Positions 27,021-40,096 of a stretch of 58,944 nt of DNA are shown piece by piece (positions within the stretch are counted from its first letter, which is position 1; the number at the start of each line of letters is the position of its first letter). Under the pieces are notes generated by a model. It worked only from the letters and a program-made list of their open reading frames with translations. It was not told where the DNA came from and did no database searches. Made by a program: the position numbers and the translations under genes. The stretch comes from Octopus sinensis (lineage: Eukaryota), in assembly GCF_006345805.1 (NCBI RefSeq), contig NW_021824665.1, forward strand, positions 1 to 58,944, given 5' to 3'.

Positions 27021-27215
27021 TGATAGAAATGGCAAAGCAACAAAAGAATGAAAGAGACCTCAATATTATGTAAATAGAGAAATTAATCTGTAAATATAAT
27101 ATGTGACAATTATTCGGTAGCCATGATAAAACTCCGAGTTTCTGATGTTGGTGCGGAAACCCACGCTGGCATCTCTTCAGTTATCGAGCCATCGAAAAAA
27201 ATATTATGAAAAATC
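27021..27215 (-). mobile_element. ~195-bp element in (TA)n carrying a minimal hammerhead ribozyme (Penelope-like or retrozyme-like)
   Basis: Flanked by (TA)n on both sides; contains the fold listed next. Confidence 0.65.
27125..27185 (-). ncRNA. Candidate type I hammerhead ribozyme
   Basis: GATAA-CTGAAGA-GATG...CATC-A-GAAA-CTCGGAG-TT-TTATC. Stem I GATAA/TTATC, intact CUGANGA and GAAA, stem II GATG/CATC, near-palindromic stem III ACTC-G-GAGT, predicted cleavage after GUU (27130). Confidence 0.7.
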
Positions 27216-27237
27216 ATATATATATATATATATATAT

Positions 27238-27452
27238 GAGCGAGAGCGTGCTAAAAATTTTCTGACTTTGAGTAAAGAAACTACATGAGGGTCCGCTAAT
27301 TAATTTTATTCAACATACACACCTATCAGATTCACACACTTATTGCAGCATTCTGTCTTTTTTTTTTAAATCTGAAAAAGAACTCGAAAGGTTGCGCCTC
27401 CATCTAGAACTTTCGCGAAATCCTTAAAGCCAGAAAGTTTCTTTGAAGACAT
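27238..27452. mobile_element. Decayed mariner-like MITE
   Basis: Ends AAAAATTTTCTGACTTTGAG and CTTAAAGCCAGAAAGTTT are imperfect inverted repeats; the right part matches 37200-37297. Confidence 0.5.
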
Positions 27453-27591
27453 ACATACATACACCCACACACATCGACGCATACGCACACACGCACGCAT
27501 AAACACACACATATACAGAGTGTCAGATATATGTGTATGCATATCTATACATACTCATTTAAATGTGTGTGTATGTGTGTATTTATATATT

Positions 27592-27773
27592 ATGGTTTCC
27601 AATTATGGGACAAGGTCAACAAGGTCGATTACATCGGCCCCAGTACATAATATTTATTCATTTGTCGATCTCGAAAAGTTTAAAACACTGAGTCAACAGC
27701 AGAACTCAGAACGTATAGACAGATGAAATACCGCTATGCCTTTTTCCCGATGTGCTCACGATTCTGCCAGCTA
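27592..27773 (-). mobile_element. Decayed SINE family A
   Basis: GTCGATTACATCG...GAACTCAGAACGTA...GATTCTGCCAGCT. Confidence 0.65.
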
Positions 27774-28340
27774 GCACCGGAACATACATGCACACACACA
27801 TTCAAACACACACACACACACACACACACCACACACAACACACACACACACACACACACACTCTTTCTCTCAAACGCCTTCTGACATGCACACTCACACA
27901 CATACACTTACACATGGTCGTACGCCTGTACATAATATAGATCTTCGTTATACGTATGCATACGTGCGGGTGCGTGTCTATGTGTGTTTGTATGTATGCA
28001 AACGTGTGTGTGAGTGAGTATAAATCAAATAGGTATAAAGGCGCATAACTCAGAATGGACTGTGTCATGAATAAACAAGGAATTTAGGAAACACGATATA
28101 ATGAAGTACCATGATATATTATATTTCCTTTCTGAGTGTAGACAGACTTTAAAAAATAGCAGAAATTGCATTTGATTTCAAGAAGAAAGTGAGACTCTGT
28201 TTTTAAATAACCAAAGAATCAACAATACTTTCAAATCGGTGCATCGAAAATAATGCATTGTGATCCATATACTGACTGCACAAATACATCCCTTATTCGG
28301 AATTTGCATTCGAGAGCTAGAAACTATTAGATTAATTAGC

Positions 28341-28496
28341 AAATGTGGCTGTATGGTTAGTAGCTTGCTTACCAACCACATGGTTCCAGGCTCAGTCCCA
28401 CAGCGTGGCACCTTAGCCAAATATTTCTACTAAAGTAACGGGCCGATCAAACCGTGTGAGTGGATTTGGTAGACGGAAACTGAAAGAAGCCAGTCG

Positions 28497-28577
<81 letters not shown>

Positions 28578-28810
28578 GGTGTGCGTGTGCGTCTGTGTGT
28601 GTATGTTTGTTTGTCTGTGTATGACCCCCACCCAACATCGCTTAACAACCGATGCTGGTGTGTTTACGTCCCCGTAACTTCGCGCGTCGGCAAAAGAGAC
28701 AGATAGAAGTACTAGGCTTACAAAGAATAAGTCCTGGGGCGTCGATTTGCTCGACTAAAGGCGGTGCTCTAGCATGGTCGCAGTCAAATGACCAAACCCA
28801 GTAAAAGTAT
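28341..28810 (+). mobile_element. SINE family B, full length
   Basis: GTGGCTGTATGGTTAGTAGCTTGC...GGTAGACGGAAACTGAAAGAAGCC...CGACTAAAGGCGGTGCTC. Confidence 0.9.
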
Positions 28811-29416
28811 ACAAGCCAAATTACAAGAACTGATAAAAGTACAAAATCCCTGAAGACGGTGTGTGTCACACCACGGTAAATATCAAATGACTGAAATCAC
28901 CAAAAATAGTACTCACACAAACACACACAGAAGACACATACTTACAAACGCAATCATACAAACACACGCACACACACACACAAAAAAACACACAGAGACT
29001 TACATATCGCACTCAATTCTCTAGAGTTCTGTGTATGCGTGTGTTATGGCTTCTTTGTCCTTCCTTGTATATCTTAAGCTCTATATTGTGATGTTTTGTT
29101 CCAAATAACTTGAGCATTAGATTCTTGAGACCTTAGCACGAAGTAGTCGACATTGCATGATTCAGAAGGTCATTCGTTTAACTGTGTGAATGTTATTAAT
29201 TGTTAGAATTGGAAATTTTGTAATATATTTAGAATTAAACTTCGGACGACACAAATAAAACCATAGATGTATAGACTCATAACCACAACTACACACGCCT
29301 AAAATGTATATACACACAACCCACACAGAATTCAAAAATTCTCACTGATATATATATATATTATATATATATATACATATTATATATATATATATATATA
29401 TCATATATATATATAC

Positions 29417-29459
<43 letters not shown>

Positions 29460-29601
29460 ATATATATCTACATGTATACATACATATAGTACTATATACA
29501 TATATATATATATACATATATATCTATATATATTATATATATATATATACATATATATACATACATATATATATATATGTTACATATATAGATATATGAC
29601 A

Positions 29602-29698
<97 letters not shown>

Positions 29699-30284
29699 AT
29701 ATATGCTGTCGTCAATTATCACAGGAGTGCAGCATTTGCATCGTGGAATAATATATATATAAATATATATATATATATGAGTGTGTGTATTCTGATATAC
29801 GTAAGACACCTTCTATATTTGCCAATTACTGGTTGTCTAACTTCAAATTTAGAATACAATCAACGAAGCTGTTCCTATCACATGACTTTACCACTACTTC
29901 TCCCTTACAGCAAGTTAAACATTTTGACGATTGGTTAAATTTTCCAATTAGTTTCCTATTGATTCGCAAACAGCTTTAGGTTCAGTCTACCTAATTTAAT
30001 TATCACTCATTCCCAGATCAAGTGGTTTTATTTTAACGTCTATACAGGATAGTTTGACCTGCAGGCTACCTAATATTCTGAAATTATATCATGGTTTTCA
30101 TGTTTTTTATATTATTATTTTTTTTTTGTTTTTGTTTTTTTTTCATAAAATAGAAACAACAGAAAAACTTATATAATGTAGTATATAGATGTATATACCA
30201 TACATTTTATACACCCAACGACACTCACACGACTTATATATATATATATATATTATATATATATATATATATATATTATATAAT

Positions 30285-30321
<37 letters not shown>

Positions 30322-30500
30322 TGCAACATACATACATAAAATATTCATATATAATATTTACGTTATTACTATATATCTATTATATAAATGCATATATGTA
30401 TATATATACATATGCATACATATATATATATATATGCCATGTTTTTTATACCTATATAAGTGTGCGTATTATATGTACAAATATTAGATATATATATACG

Positions 30501-30533
<33 letters not shown>

Positions 30534-32214
30534 AATATATATATATTATACATATATCTGTGTGTGTATTATATATCTATCTATACACATGCAATATATA
30601 TACGTGCATGTATGCATACATGTATATATGTATATATATACGTATATATATATGTATATATACGTATATATGTATATATAGGTACATATATATATATGTG
30701 TGTGTGTAAGTGTGATATATGTATAAGCGTATGTGTGTTGTATACATACTTATTTATGCATATGTCCAATATATTTTTTAGAAATCGAATCTTTAAAACT
30801 ATTAGTTTCACGAGCCAATAAATCAGAAAATTGTGCAAGAGAAGTAGCCTGACAATATACATGAAAACATACATAAATATTACGAATTATAGAGATTTCA
30901 TTGTTCCCTAACCATCGTACCACAATGTAATGCACATTATTCTATTGTGTTTGAAACGTAAATGCACGTTATATTCACATAAAATACACGTTATATTCAT
31001 CTACATTTAGAAGAATGCATGTTTCATTAAGTTAATACATGAAGTTTTAACTTAATGATAAACCATATTATTTTGAATTTGGTGACTGCCCTTCGGAAAA
31101 TCAACGTAGAAAATAAGTCGCTAGAAAGTTTTCTTCATCATTCCAATTAGCTGTAATAATGTTTTATTTGATCTAAAAGGTTGAACACGTGAAGTATAAA
31201 CAGTAATGGAATTTTATGATAGTTTCTTTAATTATTCTATAAACCCTGGAAATATATGAATTGAAAGTTGTTAAAAATTCTTCCTGGGTGTCTGAATACA
31301 TACAAGTTTTGTTGGTACATTTTGTAAAGGCACATTGATTAACTCTTATTGAAAGGTTGGCATTGCTGATTATTGCAGCAGAAACCTTACTTGGATAAAC
31401 TTATGATGAAGAAAGTCTTGCAACTAAATGTATAAGAAGCGATGTCTATAACATAACTAAAACTTTATAACACCGCAACTAATGTTTGCGTTGTTTCTTA
31501 TGTGGATTTCCCAACTATTATCGACTATGTGGAAATGCTTATTCCCGGGATGAAATGTGGCATTTATATTATAAATAATATTTCATTGTATGTTTTCTTT
31601 ATAATTCTTACAACAGTCATGTACTCTTATATTCTCTCTTTTAACCCACTGACTTTCAATATTTTATTATACCAATGAAGAATGTTGTTTCCCGCGTAGC
31701 CAAACGTATATACGAACTATATATACTGTATATATCATATAATGTATGCAGTAAAAAGATACTAGCTACTAATATTTTTTTCCGTTGGAGACACGAGTCT
31801 AGACAGATTTTTATAAGAGATTTCTGACTCCAATCAATTGTGTGGCTCTGAGCACGTGATAAATTATTTTACTACAAGAAAAATCACAACATATGAAGGT
31901 CCCTTTTGTATTTCTTTCCTCTTAATTTTTCTTGTAAGAACTTTCTGATTTGCAAACAGCATAGACCATGAGCTCAAAGCCTGAACATTGCTAGAAAGCA
32001 CAAGGTGTGTGATAAAAACTTGCCAAGACTCGTGTTTCGAAAGTAAGAATCTATTACTATTTCGTACCTTTATACTGTTTATAGCATTGTAAACTTTATA
32101 CCGTATATAATGTTTATGGATTAACGGCTTGAGTACATTTTTGCTGATCTTTCATTAACGAACCAGTAAACTATATATATATATATATATATATGTATAG
32201 ACACACACACACAC

Positions 32215-32245
<31 letters not shown>

Positions 32246-32289
32246 ATACACATATATATATGTGGCGTGCTTGTGTGCTTATATGTATG

Positions 32290-32510
32290 TAGTTAATCTC
32301 CAGCCCACCTCCAAAGGAAGAAAAACACAAGAAAGAAACGCGAGCACGGAGTACAGGCAAAGTATTAGCAGGTGCTCAGGGAAAGAAAGAAAGAAAGGTA
32401 GTTTTAAGTTTCGAGCAAAGCTCTTCTTCAAAAACAGGACACAGACGAAAGTCCAAGGGAAAGGAAGACGGAGGAAAAAATGACAACGATCCACATGTGG
32501 TTACATTTTT
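32290..32510 (-). mobile_element. Short element near (TA)n with a minimal hammerhead-like fold
   Basis: Minus 32435-32401: GTTT-TTGAAGA-A-GAGC(TTT)GCTC-GAAA-CT-TA-AAAC; downstream CCTGAGC..CTAATAC is shared with the 51200 family. Confidence 0.6.
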
Positions 32511-32691
32511 CATATATATATATATATATATAATATATATATATATATATTAATATATGTATGTATGTATGTATGTATATATGTATGTATGAATGTATGT
32601 ATATATATATATGAACGTAGATATGTAGTATGTATATATATAGTAGATATATATATACACACACCCGCGCACATACGTTTACATATAGGTT

Positions 32692-32742
<51 letters not shown>

Positions 32743-32923
32743 ACATAAACACAATATATTTGTATTTTTATATGTGCCTGAGTTGTACGGATTGTATATA
32801 TATATATAGACATAAACGTATATTATCTTTCCATCAATCTACCTATCTTTATTGTGGGTTTACATGTTTTGGTATTTGTGAACAAGTCTCTGTGTATTGG
32901 TTTGTGCTGTTGAGGTAACCATT

Positions 32924-32982
<59 letters not shown>

Positions 32983-33004
32983 TCAATATATATATTATAC
33001 ATAC

Positions 33005-33047
<43 letters not shown>

Positions 33048-33098
33048 ATATTATATATATACATATACATATATATATACATATATATATATAACATC

Positions 33099-33148
<50 letters not shown>

Positions 33149-33399
33149 TATAATATATATATATATTTCTGCCTATATATATGTAATATATATTATATAC
33201 ACTTATATATATATATTCTTTTTATGTGGACAGATTTTACGCCGATCTTTTCAAGTCATTAATTCAGCATAAAACTTTTACAACTATGTTTGGCATTAAA
33301 TCTATGTACTAAATCTCTGGAACGTTTGATCAACTAATTATATTGTGAATTATGTAGCCTTGTTTTTGATAAATGTCACTGCCCTAGCAACAGAAAATA

Positions 33400-33860
33400 T
33401 CGTTATTGCAAATGACATAACCTTGTACCTAAAATTGAGGCTATCAAACTGTTATTTTATGCCAATTGTACTGTACGCGGTAGGAAGTTGGATATTGCTC
33501 AATGCAAGAAGAAAAAGATAGATATGTCTGAAAATAAGGGTCATTTACTGATAGAATAGAAAATGTTGGAAAGTATGTAACAAACGCTACAGTATGAAAA
33601 AGAAGCTAAAATTTCAAAGTAATGCAATGTTAAGAATAACATTCACAAAGGTATAATATTTTGGTCACCCAAGCGCAACGAGTCACTGCAGACTATCCAA
33701 GACCATCCTGAAGGAAAGTGTGGAAGATATAAGAAGTAGAGTCCGTCATACATGTTTGTGGATTGATATTCAAATCAAGGAATGAAAACTAAGACGAACT
33801 GATTTTGTGCATACAGCGCAACACAGAAGGAACAGGAGAATCTTGGAAAGCACAGGACGG
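33400..33860 (+). pseudogene. Old RTE-clade LINE 3' fragment
   Basis: Translation LYLKLRLSNCYFMPIVLYAVGSWILLNARRKKIDMSE ... YFGH ... SKTILKESVEDIRSRVRH..WID parallels the RTE C-terminus seen at 36190-36520. Confidence 0.7.
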
Positions 33861-34082
33861 GCATATAATTAATAACTGCTAGGCAAATTTCAGAACAGTA
33901 TTTTTGTTAGAAGATCAAGCTCTTTTTACGTTCACCAGTTATATATATATATATGGAAAAAAGAATTAATTTATTCGAATGGTTTCACTTAGGCTTATTG
34001 TTAATACTATATTTTTACTCACACTTTTCACCAATGTATTTCGAACAAGTATGGTGTATTTAAATAGCGCCGAGTGTATATG

Positions 34083-34491
34083 TACTCTTTAGTCTTTACT
34101 CTTTTACTTGTTTCAGTCATTGGACTGCAGCCATGCTGGAGCACCGCCTTTAATCGAGCAAATCGACGCCGGGACTTATTTTTTGTAAGCCCAGTCTATC
34201 GGTCTCTTTTGCCGAACCACTAAGTGACGGGGACATAAACACACCAGCATCGGTTGTCAAGAATGCTAGGGGGACAAACACAGACACACAAACATATAAA
34301 CACACATACATATATATACGTACATATATATACGACGAGCTTCTTTCAGTTTCCGTCTACCAAATCCACTCACAAGGCATTGGTCAGCTGGGGGCTATAG
34401 CTGAAGACACTTGCCCAAGATGCCACGCAATGGGACTGAACCCGGAACCATGTGGTTGGTAAGCAAGCTACACACAGCCACTCATGCGCCT
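34083..34491 (-). mobile_element. SINE family B, full length
   Basis: All family B modules present. Confidence 0.92.
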
Positions 34492-35716
34492 AATGCATAA
34501 TACATATATTATGTATATGCATAATACATATATATAAATACACATACATAATACATACATCATACATTCGTATATACATACACACGTACACATATTATTC
34601 GATCAGAACTCGGTTCTTGAAGACTTTCTGTAAAGAATATTATTTTATTGGTAGGAATCAAGCTCGATGAAGAATTTTGTGATTAAATCGTCTTAAATTC
34701 ATCAATCTTTCGATATTTATTTAGGATTGGCGTTATTTGCATGAACAACCCACGTCAACATATTGTTGTATAGCTTATGGGCAGTTTTCCTAACTCCTTT
34801 GAATCATTACTAATAAATTGGAGAAACGGTGAACGGACGCGGCCTCACGTCTTGATATCTCCATCGGATTTCAAGAATATCCACCGTTGTGGCCGTTCTG
34901 CAAATATTAGTATATTCTTCATAGAGTTATCAACATCACCTCACTTTGCTCAACTAAGGATTTTCGCTTTCGTTTTATGGAACCCATGTGGCTTCTGAAG
35001 AACATCTACATTTACATTTTGCCGATACTTGAGTAGACGTGGTTGATTCAATTTACTACAACCCTTTTCCGTATAAAAATGGCTAGAAGCCAGCTCAAAG
35101 GAAATCATTATTCATAAGGGTTTTTTTGTTGATTTCTTATTCTATTATTAAGAGAAATATATGTCCTGAAGAATTCATAATCTTTAAGTACCTCCAAACA
35201 CGCAAGAATTATCACAACACACGCTTTTGGCAACTATGATAGATGTCTTTATTTATTTATATATATTTATCGATATATTTATTTTAATATTTTTTTTGTT
35301 TTTATTTTTAAATAAAAGAAAAAAGCTAAAAGAATGAGCGAAGTTTATGTAATGTAATCTCTTCAACTGAAAGTGTGGGGGGGGGAGCTGAAACCTACAA
35401 GAATAACAATAGCGAGGGAAACAACAGCAACAAGAACAAGAATATTAAGTAAAAGAACAAGAAGCAAAACTGCAGGAACAACAATAACTACGAGAACGAT
35501 ATCACGAAGAGCTAACAACTAGAGAGTGCAGCAACACCGCCATTTCCACTGTCGCCATCATCACCAAAAACGCCATTATGACCGCCATCACTACCGACAC
35601 CTTCAATGCAACGACCACAATCACAAACTTCAGCATCAACATGAAGTGCGATGACGAAATCGTAAGAATAGGAAACTACAATAAAAAGTTATTGAAACTT
35701 CTTAAGTCTAGAAAAT

Positions 35717-35755
<39 letters not shown>

Positions 35756-35781
35756 ATATATTATATATATATATATATATA

Positions 35782-36520
35782 TCAACATGTACGCTGAAAA
35801 GGTCATGAGAAATGCAGGCCTGGAGGATAGCAGCATTGGAGTGAGGATTGGAGGAAGAAATATTAATAACTTTCGCTATGCAGATGATACAACCCTGCTG
35901 GCGGAGAATGGTAAGGATCTGGAGGATCTTGTCCTGCTGGTCAAGAAAGAGAGTGAGAGATTTGGGCTGTGCCTCAATGTTAAGTAAACGAAGATCATGT
36001 CAACAGTAGCCACAACAAACATCAGCATCAAGATCAATAATGAAGAGATCGAAGTGGTTGATGATTTCATCTTCCTTAGCTCCAAAATAAATCGAGATGG
36101 TGACTGCACTCCAGAAATAAGACGGCGGATAGTACTAGGCAGAGAGACAATGGTCAGCATGAGCAGGGTCTGGAAGAGTAGAGACATAAGACTCTCTACT
36201 AAATGCAGATTGGTGAATGCAATTGTCTTCCCAATAGCAACATATGGATGCGAGACCTGGACACTAAAGAAAGCTAACCAGAAGGGAATTAATGCATTGG
36301 AGCTTCGATGTTGGAGAAGACTTTTACGGATTCCATGGACAGCGAGACTCACCAATGGAGAAGTTCTTAAGCAGATCAGGCCGAAAATGTCGCTAGAAGC
36401 TAGGATCACCAAGCATAGATTGCTATATTTCGGTCATATTATGAGGAGAAAATCCCTGGAGAAGGACATCATGCTCGGAATGGTCAGTGGCAAGAGAGGA
36501 AGGGGCCGACTAAGAACCCG
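35782..36520 (+). pseudogene. RTE/BovB-like LINE reverse transcriptase fragment
   Basis: ORFs 35787-35987 and 35997-36557 are in one frame, broken by a single TAA (NVK*TKIM). Motifs: RYADDTTL, EIRRRI, YGCETWT, ELRCWRRLLRIPWT, YFGHIMR, GKRGRGR. Confidence 0.95.
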
Positions 36521-37184
36521 CTATAAATTTTATAATTATGAACATAATTATAATTAGAGTTCAGCAAAATTTGCTGAACCCTACAAGTTGTAGAGTATTG
36601 CTGTCTGGGAGATGACTTATGGTAGTAGAATAATATCTTAACTGCTATTTCTAAATTTCGGTATGCGGTGAAATATTTAACATTATGTTCAATACTCTTT
36701 GTATAGGTAATTAACCAGTACTTTTATACGACTTTGCTGTCTCTGAATGAGGTTTGTGGCCTTTTATTGTGCTTCTACACACACGCACGCACGCCACGCA
36801 CGCATACACACACATACGCGCACACAGATATATAGGTAAGTAGAGTTAGCAGTTAGAATAACCATCTAAGTGTTAAGAACATCCGTTATTACTATCGGTA
36901 TATATTACATATGTTAACCCTCGGCATGGATATGCAAGCATACTAAACACATAGGATACACGAAATAACAGAATAAACACGAATTTATCAGGAATCAAAT
37001 TTAAATTAAGCGGAAAATGCAGAAAATTTTTTGATCAACAAACAAATTGACAACCATCTTTTAATACAAAACTTGAACATTGCTTACAGCCGTTTCTGCT
37101 GCCAATGTCAGTCGGTGTCGCCAAAGAAAATTATGAGAATACTATTCGTCATCTTTATAGCACATCCGATGTAGCACATGGATT

Positions 37185-37297
37185 CTTCAGAATTTTTCAA
37201 TGTTTCAAAGTCCTGTAAAAGAACTCGGAATGTCGGTCCTCCATCCAAGCTTTTCGCGATACCCATAAAGCCAGGAAATTTTCAGTTCTCCTTCGTA
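37185..37297. mobile_element. Mariner-like MITE right-end fragment
   Basis: AAAAGAACTCGGAA...TTTCGCGATACCCATAAAGCCAGGAAATTTTCAG...TCGTA is homologous to 27375-27450. Confidence 0.5.
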
Positions 37298-37739
37298 TGT
37301 ATGTATGATGTACATATGAACGCATCGACATGAAAACCTGTAAGGCAGTAATTTGCAAGAAATTACTCTTCTGTTTGTCTCCGATTCCTCATTTGGAGCT
37401 CCTTAGAATATGGTAATGCTTTATTTTATTACTTTATTTTTTTGTTTGGTTCTTCATTCTCGCAGGTTTAAAGGCAGTGCACCAATGAAAACCTGTAACC
37501 AATGACGCATTTGTTGAAATTTACAATAAAAAATAAATAGATAAATATATAAAAAGTTCACCTCTAGCATTATAAAAACGGCAGCGACTCAAGAACAAAA
37601 ATCACAAAAATCCAATCCAGTAACACATTGGCAACTATTGATCCAAAGGAATTACAAACATCGATTGTTTCTTTTCTTTATTTTCTGTATTTTCCGAAAC
37701 AATTATTATTTTCTTTTATATAAGAATGTTTTCATGAAA

Positions 37740-37828
37740 TTTATTCTTTTGTCGTTTTACCTTTTTCTTTCTTTCTTTTTTCATTCATTCATTCATTCAT
37801 TCTTTCTTTCTTTCTTTCTTTCTTTCGT

Positions 37829-37861
<33 letters not shown>

Positions 37862-38560
37862 ATTTCTTGCATTTTTTCACTTTTATCGTTTCTCTTCCCC
37901 TTTATTTTTACATTTTTTGCTTTTACACTTTCTTCCTTTCTTTTCTTCTCCCTCTCTTTCTTTCTCCCTTTTGTCTTTTTCATTTATTCATTCTTTCTTT
38001 CTTTCTTTCTTCATTTCTGTCACTTTTATCGTTTCTCTTTCTTTTTTATTTTACATTTTCTGCTTTTACACTTCCTTCCTCTCTTTCCTTCTCGCTCTCT
38101 TTCTTTCTCTCTTTTTATCTTTCATTCACTCATTCTTTATTTCTTTCTGTCTCGCTTTTGCCCTTTCTAGATTGCTTTCATTTTTATAATTTCTTCCAAC
38201 CCCTTTTTTCCATACATTCTGTTTTCTTTCTATCCTTCTTTCGTTCCTCCTTCCTTCATTTCATCACTTTTCCTTTCCCATTATTTCCTCCATCGCTATC
38301 TTCCACTCATTCTTCCACTTCTCATTTTTTCTTCCCTTCCTTCGAGCATTTGATTGTTTCTTTCATTTTTCTTTTGTTTCTTCTTTCGTCCTTTTTCCAC
38401 ACTTCTAATTTTCCGAAATTTTCTCTCTTTCATCCATTTGCCTACCTTTCCTTTGCCTTCATCTAATACCTCTTTCATCGTGCAACATTTTTTCACACTT
38501 TCCTTCTTATTATTTCACTTTAATTTTTCCTTCATTTTCCTTAATTTTTCTTTCTATTCC
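37740..38560. repeat. Polypyrimidine low-complexity tract with (CTTT)n and an internal ~145-bp duplication
   Basis: TCACTTTTATCGTTTCTCTT...TTTTACATTTT..GCTTTTACACTT occurs at about 37877 and 38021. Confidence 0.9.
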
Positions 38561-38781
38561 CACAAAATGCATTTTCTTTATCCCGCACATATATTTTTAA
38601 ATTCCTTTTTGATAAAAGTTAAATCAACAAGAAAAAAAAAACAACTAACAATAAACAACAACAGCAAAAGCAACAACTCATAACAAAACAATTAATCTAA
38701 AACTAGAACATAAAACAAAAACTAAAACACAAAACAATGAAAAAAAAATAATAAAACGAAGAGCAAAAAAGAACAATGGAA

Positions 38782-38808
38782 AATAATAATAATAATAATA
38801 ATAATAAC

Positions 38809-38890
<82 letters not shown>
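38782..38890. repeat. (TAA)n microsatellite
   Basis: Read directly. Confidence 0.97.
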
Positions 38891-38893
<3 letters not shown>

Positions 38894-39342
38894 CAAGAAA
38901 CTGTATTCCATACAAGCCAAATATGGTGAAGCTATTATCTGCAAGGGAAGAGTCACGCCGGGTGTCTGCCTCTGGCAAGAAAAAGAAGAGTAAAAAAAAA
39001 GGAAAGAGAAAAATAAAATCGCTATGTTGTTATGCCAGCTGCATGTCACGTGCTAGACAAGCCAATCACCCTAGCCACTTCCTAATCCACATACACACAC
39101 AGACACAACACACACACACACACTCACACTCTCACACACACAGACGCGCACATACTCATACATAGTGACGCATCTACATACGAACAATGAATAATATACA
39201 AACGTACATAAACATACAGATATAAACGAACAAATTTATATAAACGCACACACTGATATACTAGCACACGCACAAGCACACACACACACGCACACACACA
39301 CACATGTATATATATATATAAGCACGTATGTATATTATTTTC

Positions 39343-39537
39343 ATCTTTTATTCTTTTACTTGTTTCAGCCATTTGACTGCGGCTATGCTGGAGCAGCACC
39401 TTAAGGTGTTTTAGTCAAACAAATCGACCCCAAGAATTCTTCTTTGTAAGATAAGTACTTATTCTATCGGCCTCTTTTGCCCTAGGTAGACTAGCATCAG
39501 AAGTCAAGCGATGATGACGAAACGAACACCGACAGAA

Positions 39538-39560
<23 letters not shown>
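39343..39560 (-). mobile_element. SINE family B 3' half
   Basis: CTTTTACTTGTTTCAGCCATTTGACTGCGGC...AGTACTTATTCTATCGG. Confidence 0.8.
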
Positions 39561-39572
<12 letters not shown>

Positions 39573-39606
39573 AATATATATTATATATATATTATATGTA
39601 TATATC

Positions 39607-40029
39607 GGGCGTAGGAGTGATTCTGTGGTAAGTAGCATGCTTACCGACCATATGGTTCCGGGTTCAGGCCCACTGCGTGGTACCTTGGGCAAGTGTATTC
39701 TACTATAGCCTCGGGCCGACTAAAGCCTTGTGAGTGGATCTGGTAGACGGAAACTGAAAGAAGCTCGTCGTATATATGTATTTATATATATGTATGTATA
39801 TGCCCGTGTATATGTTTGTGTGTCTGTGTTCGTTCCCCCTAACATCACTTGACAACCAATGGTGGTATGTTTATGTCCCCGTAAGTTAGCGGTTAAAAAA
39901 AAACACCCATAGAATAAGTACTAGGCTACAAAAGAAGAAGTCTCGGGGTCGATTTGCTCGACCAAAGGCGATGCTCCAGCATGGCCGCAGTCAAATGACT
40001 AAAGCAAGTATTAGATTAAAAGAGTAAAG
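39607..40029 (+). mobile_element. SINE family B, full length
   Basis: GGCGTAGGAGTG...GGTTCAGGCCC...CTTGGGCAAGTG...AAAGAGTAAAGA. Confidence 0.92.
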
Positions 40030-40096
40030 ATATATATATATATACACACATACATACACGTACATATATATAATACGTAGGTTAATACAAACATAT

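Noticed and set aside
35876-36412. 178-aa minus-strand ORF
   Set aside because: Antisense to the RTE reverse transcriptase frame.
37638-38683. F/S/L-rich membrane-protein-like ORFs
   Set aside because: Arise from the polypyrimidine low-complexity tract.
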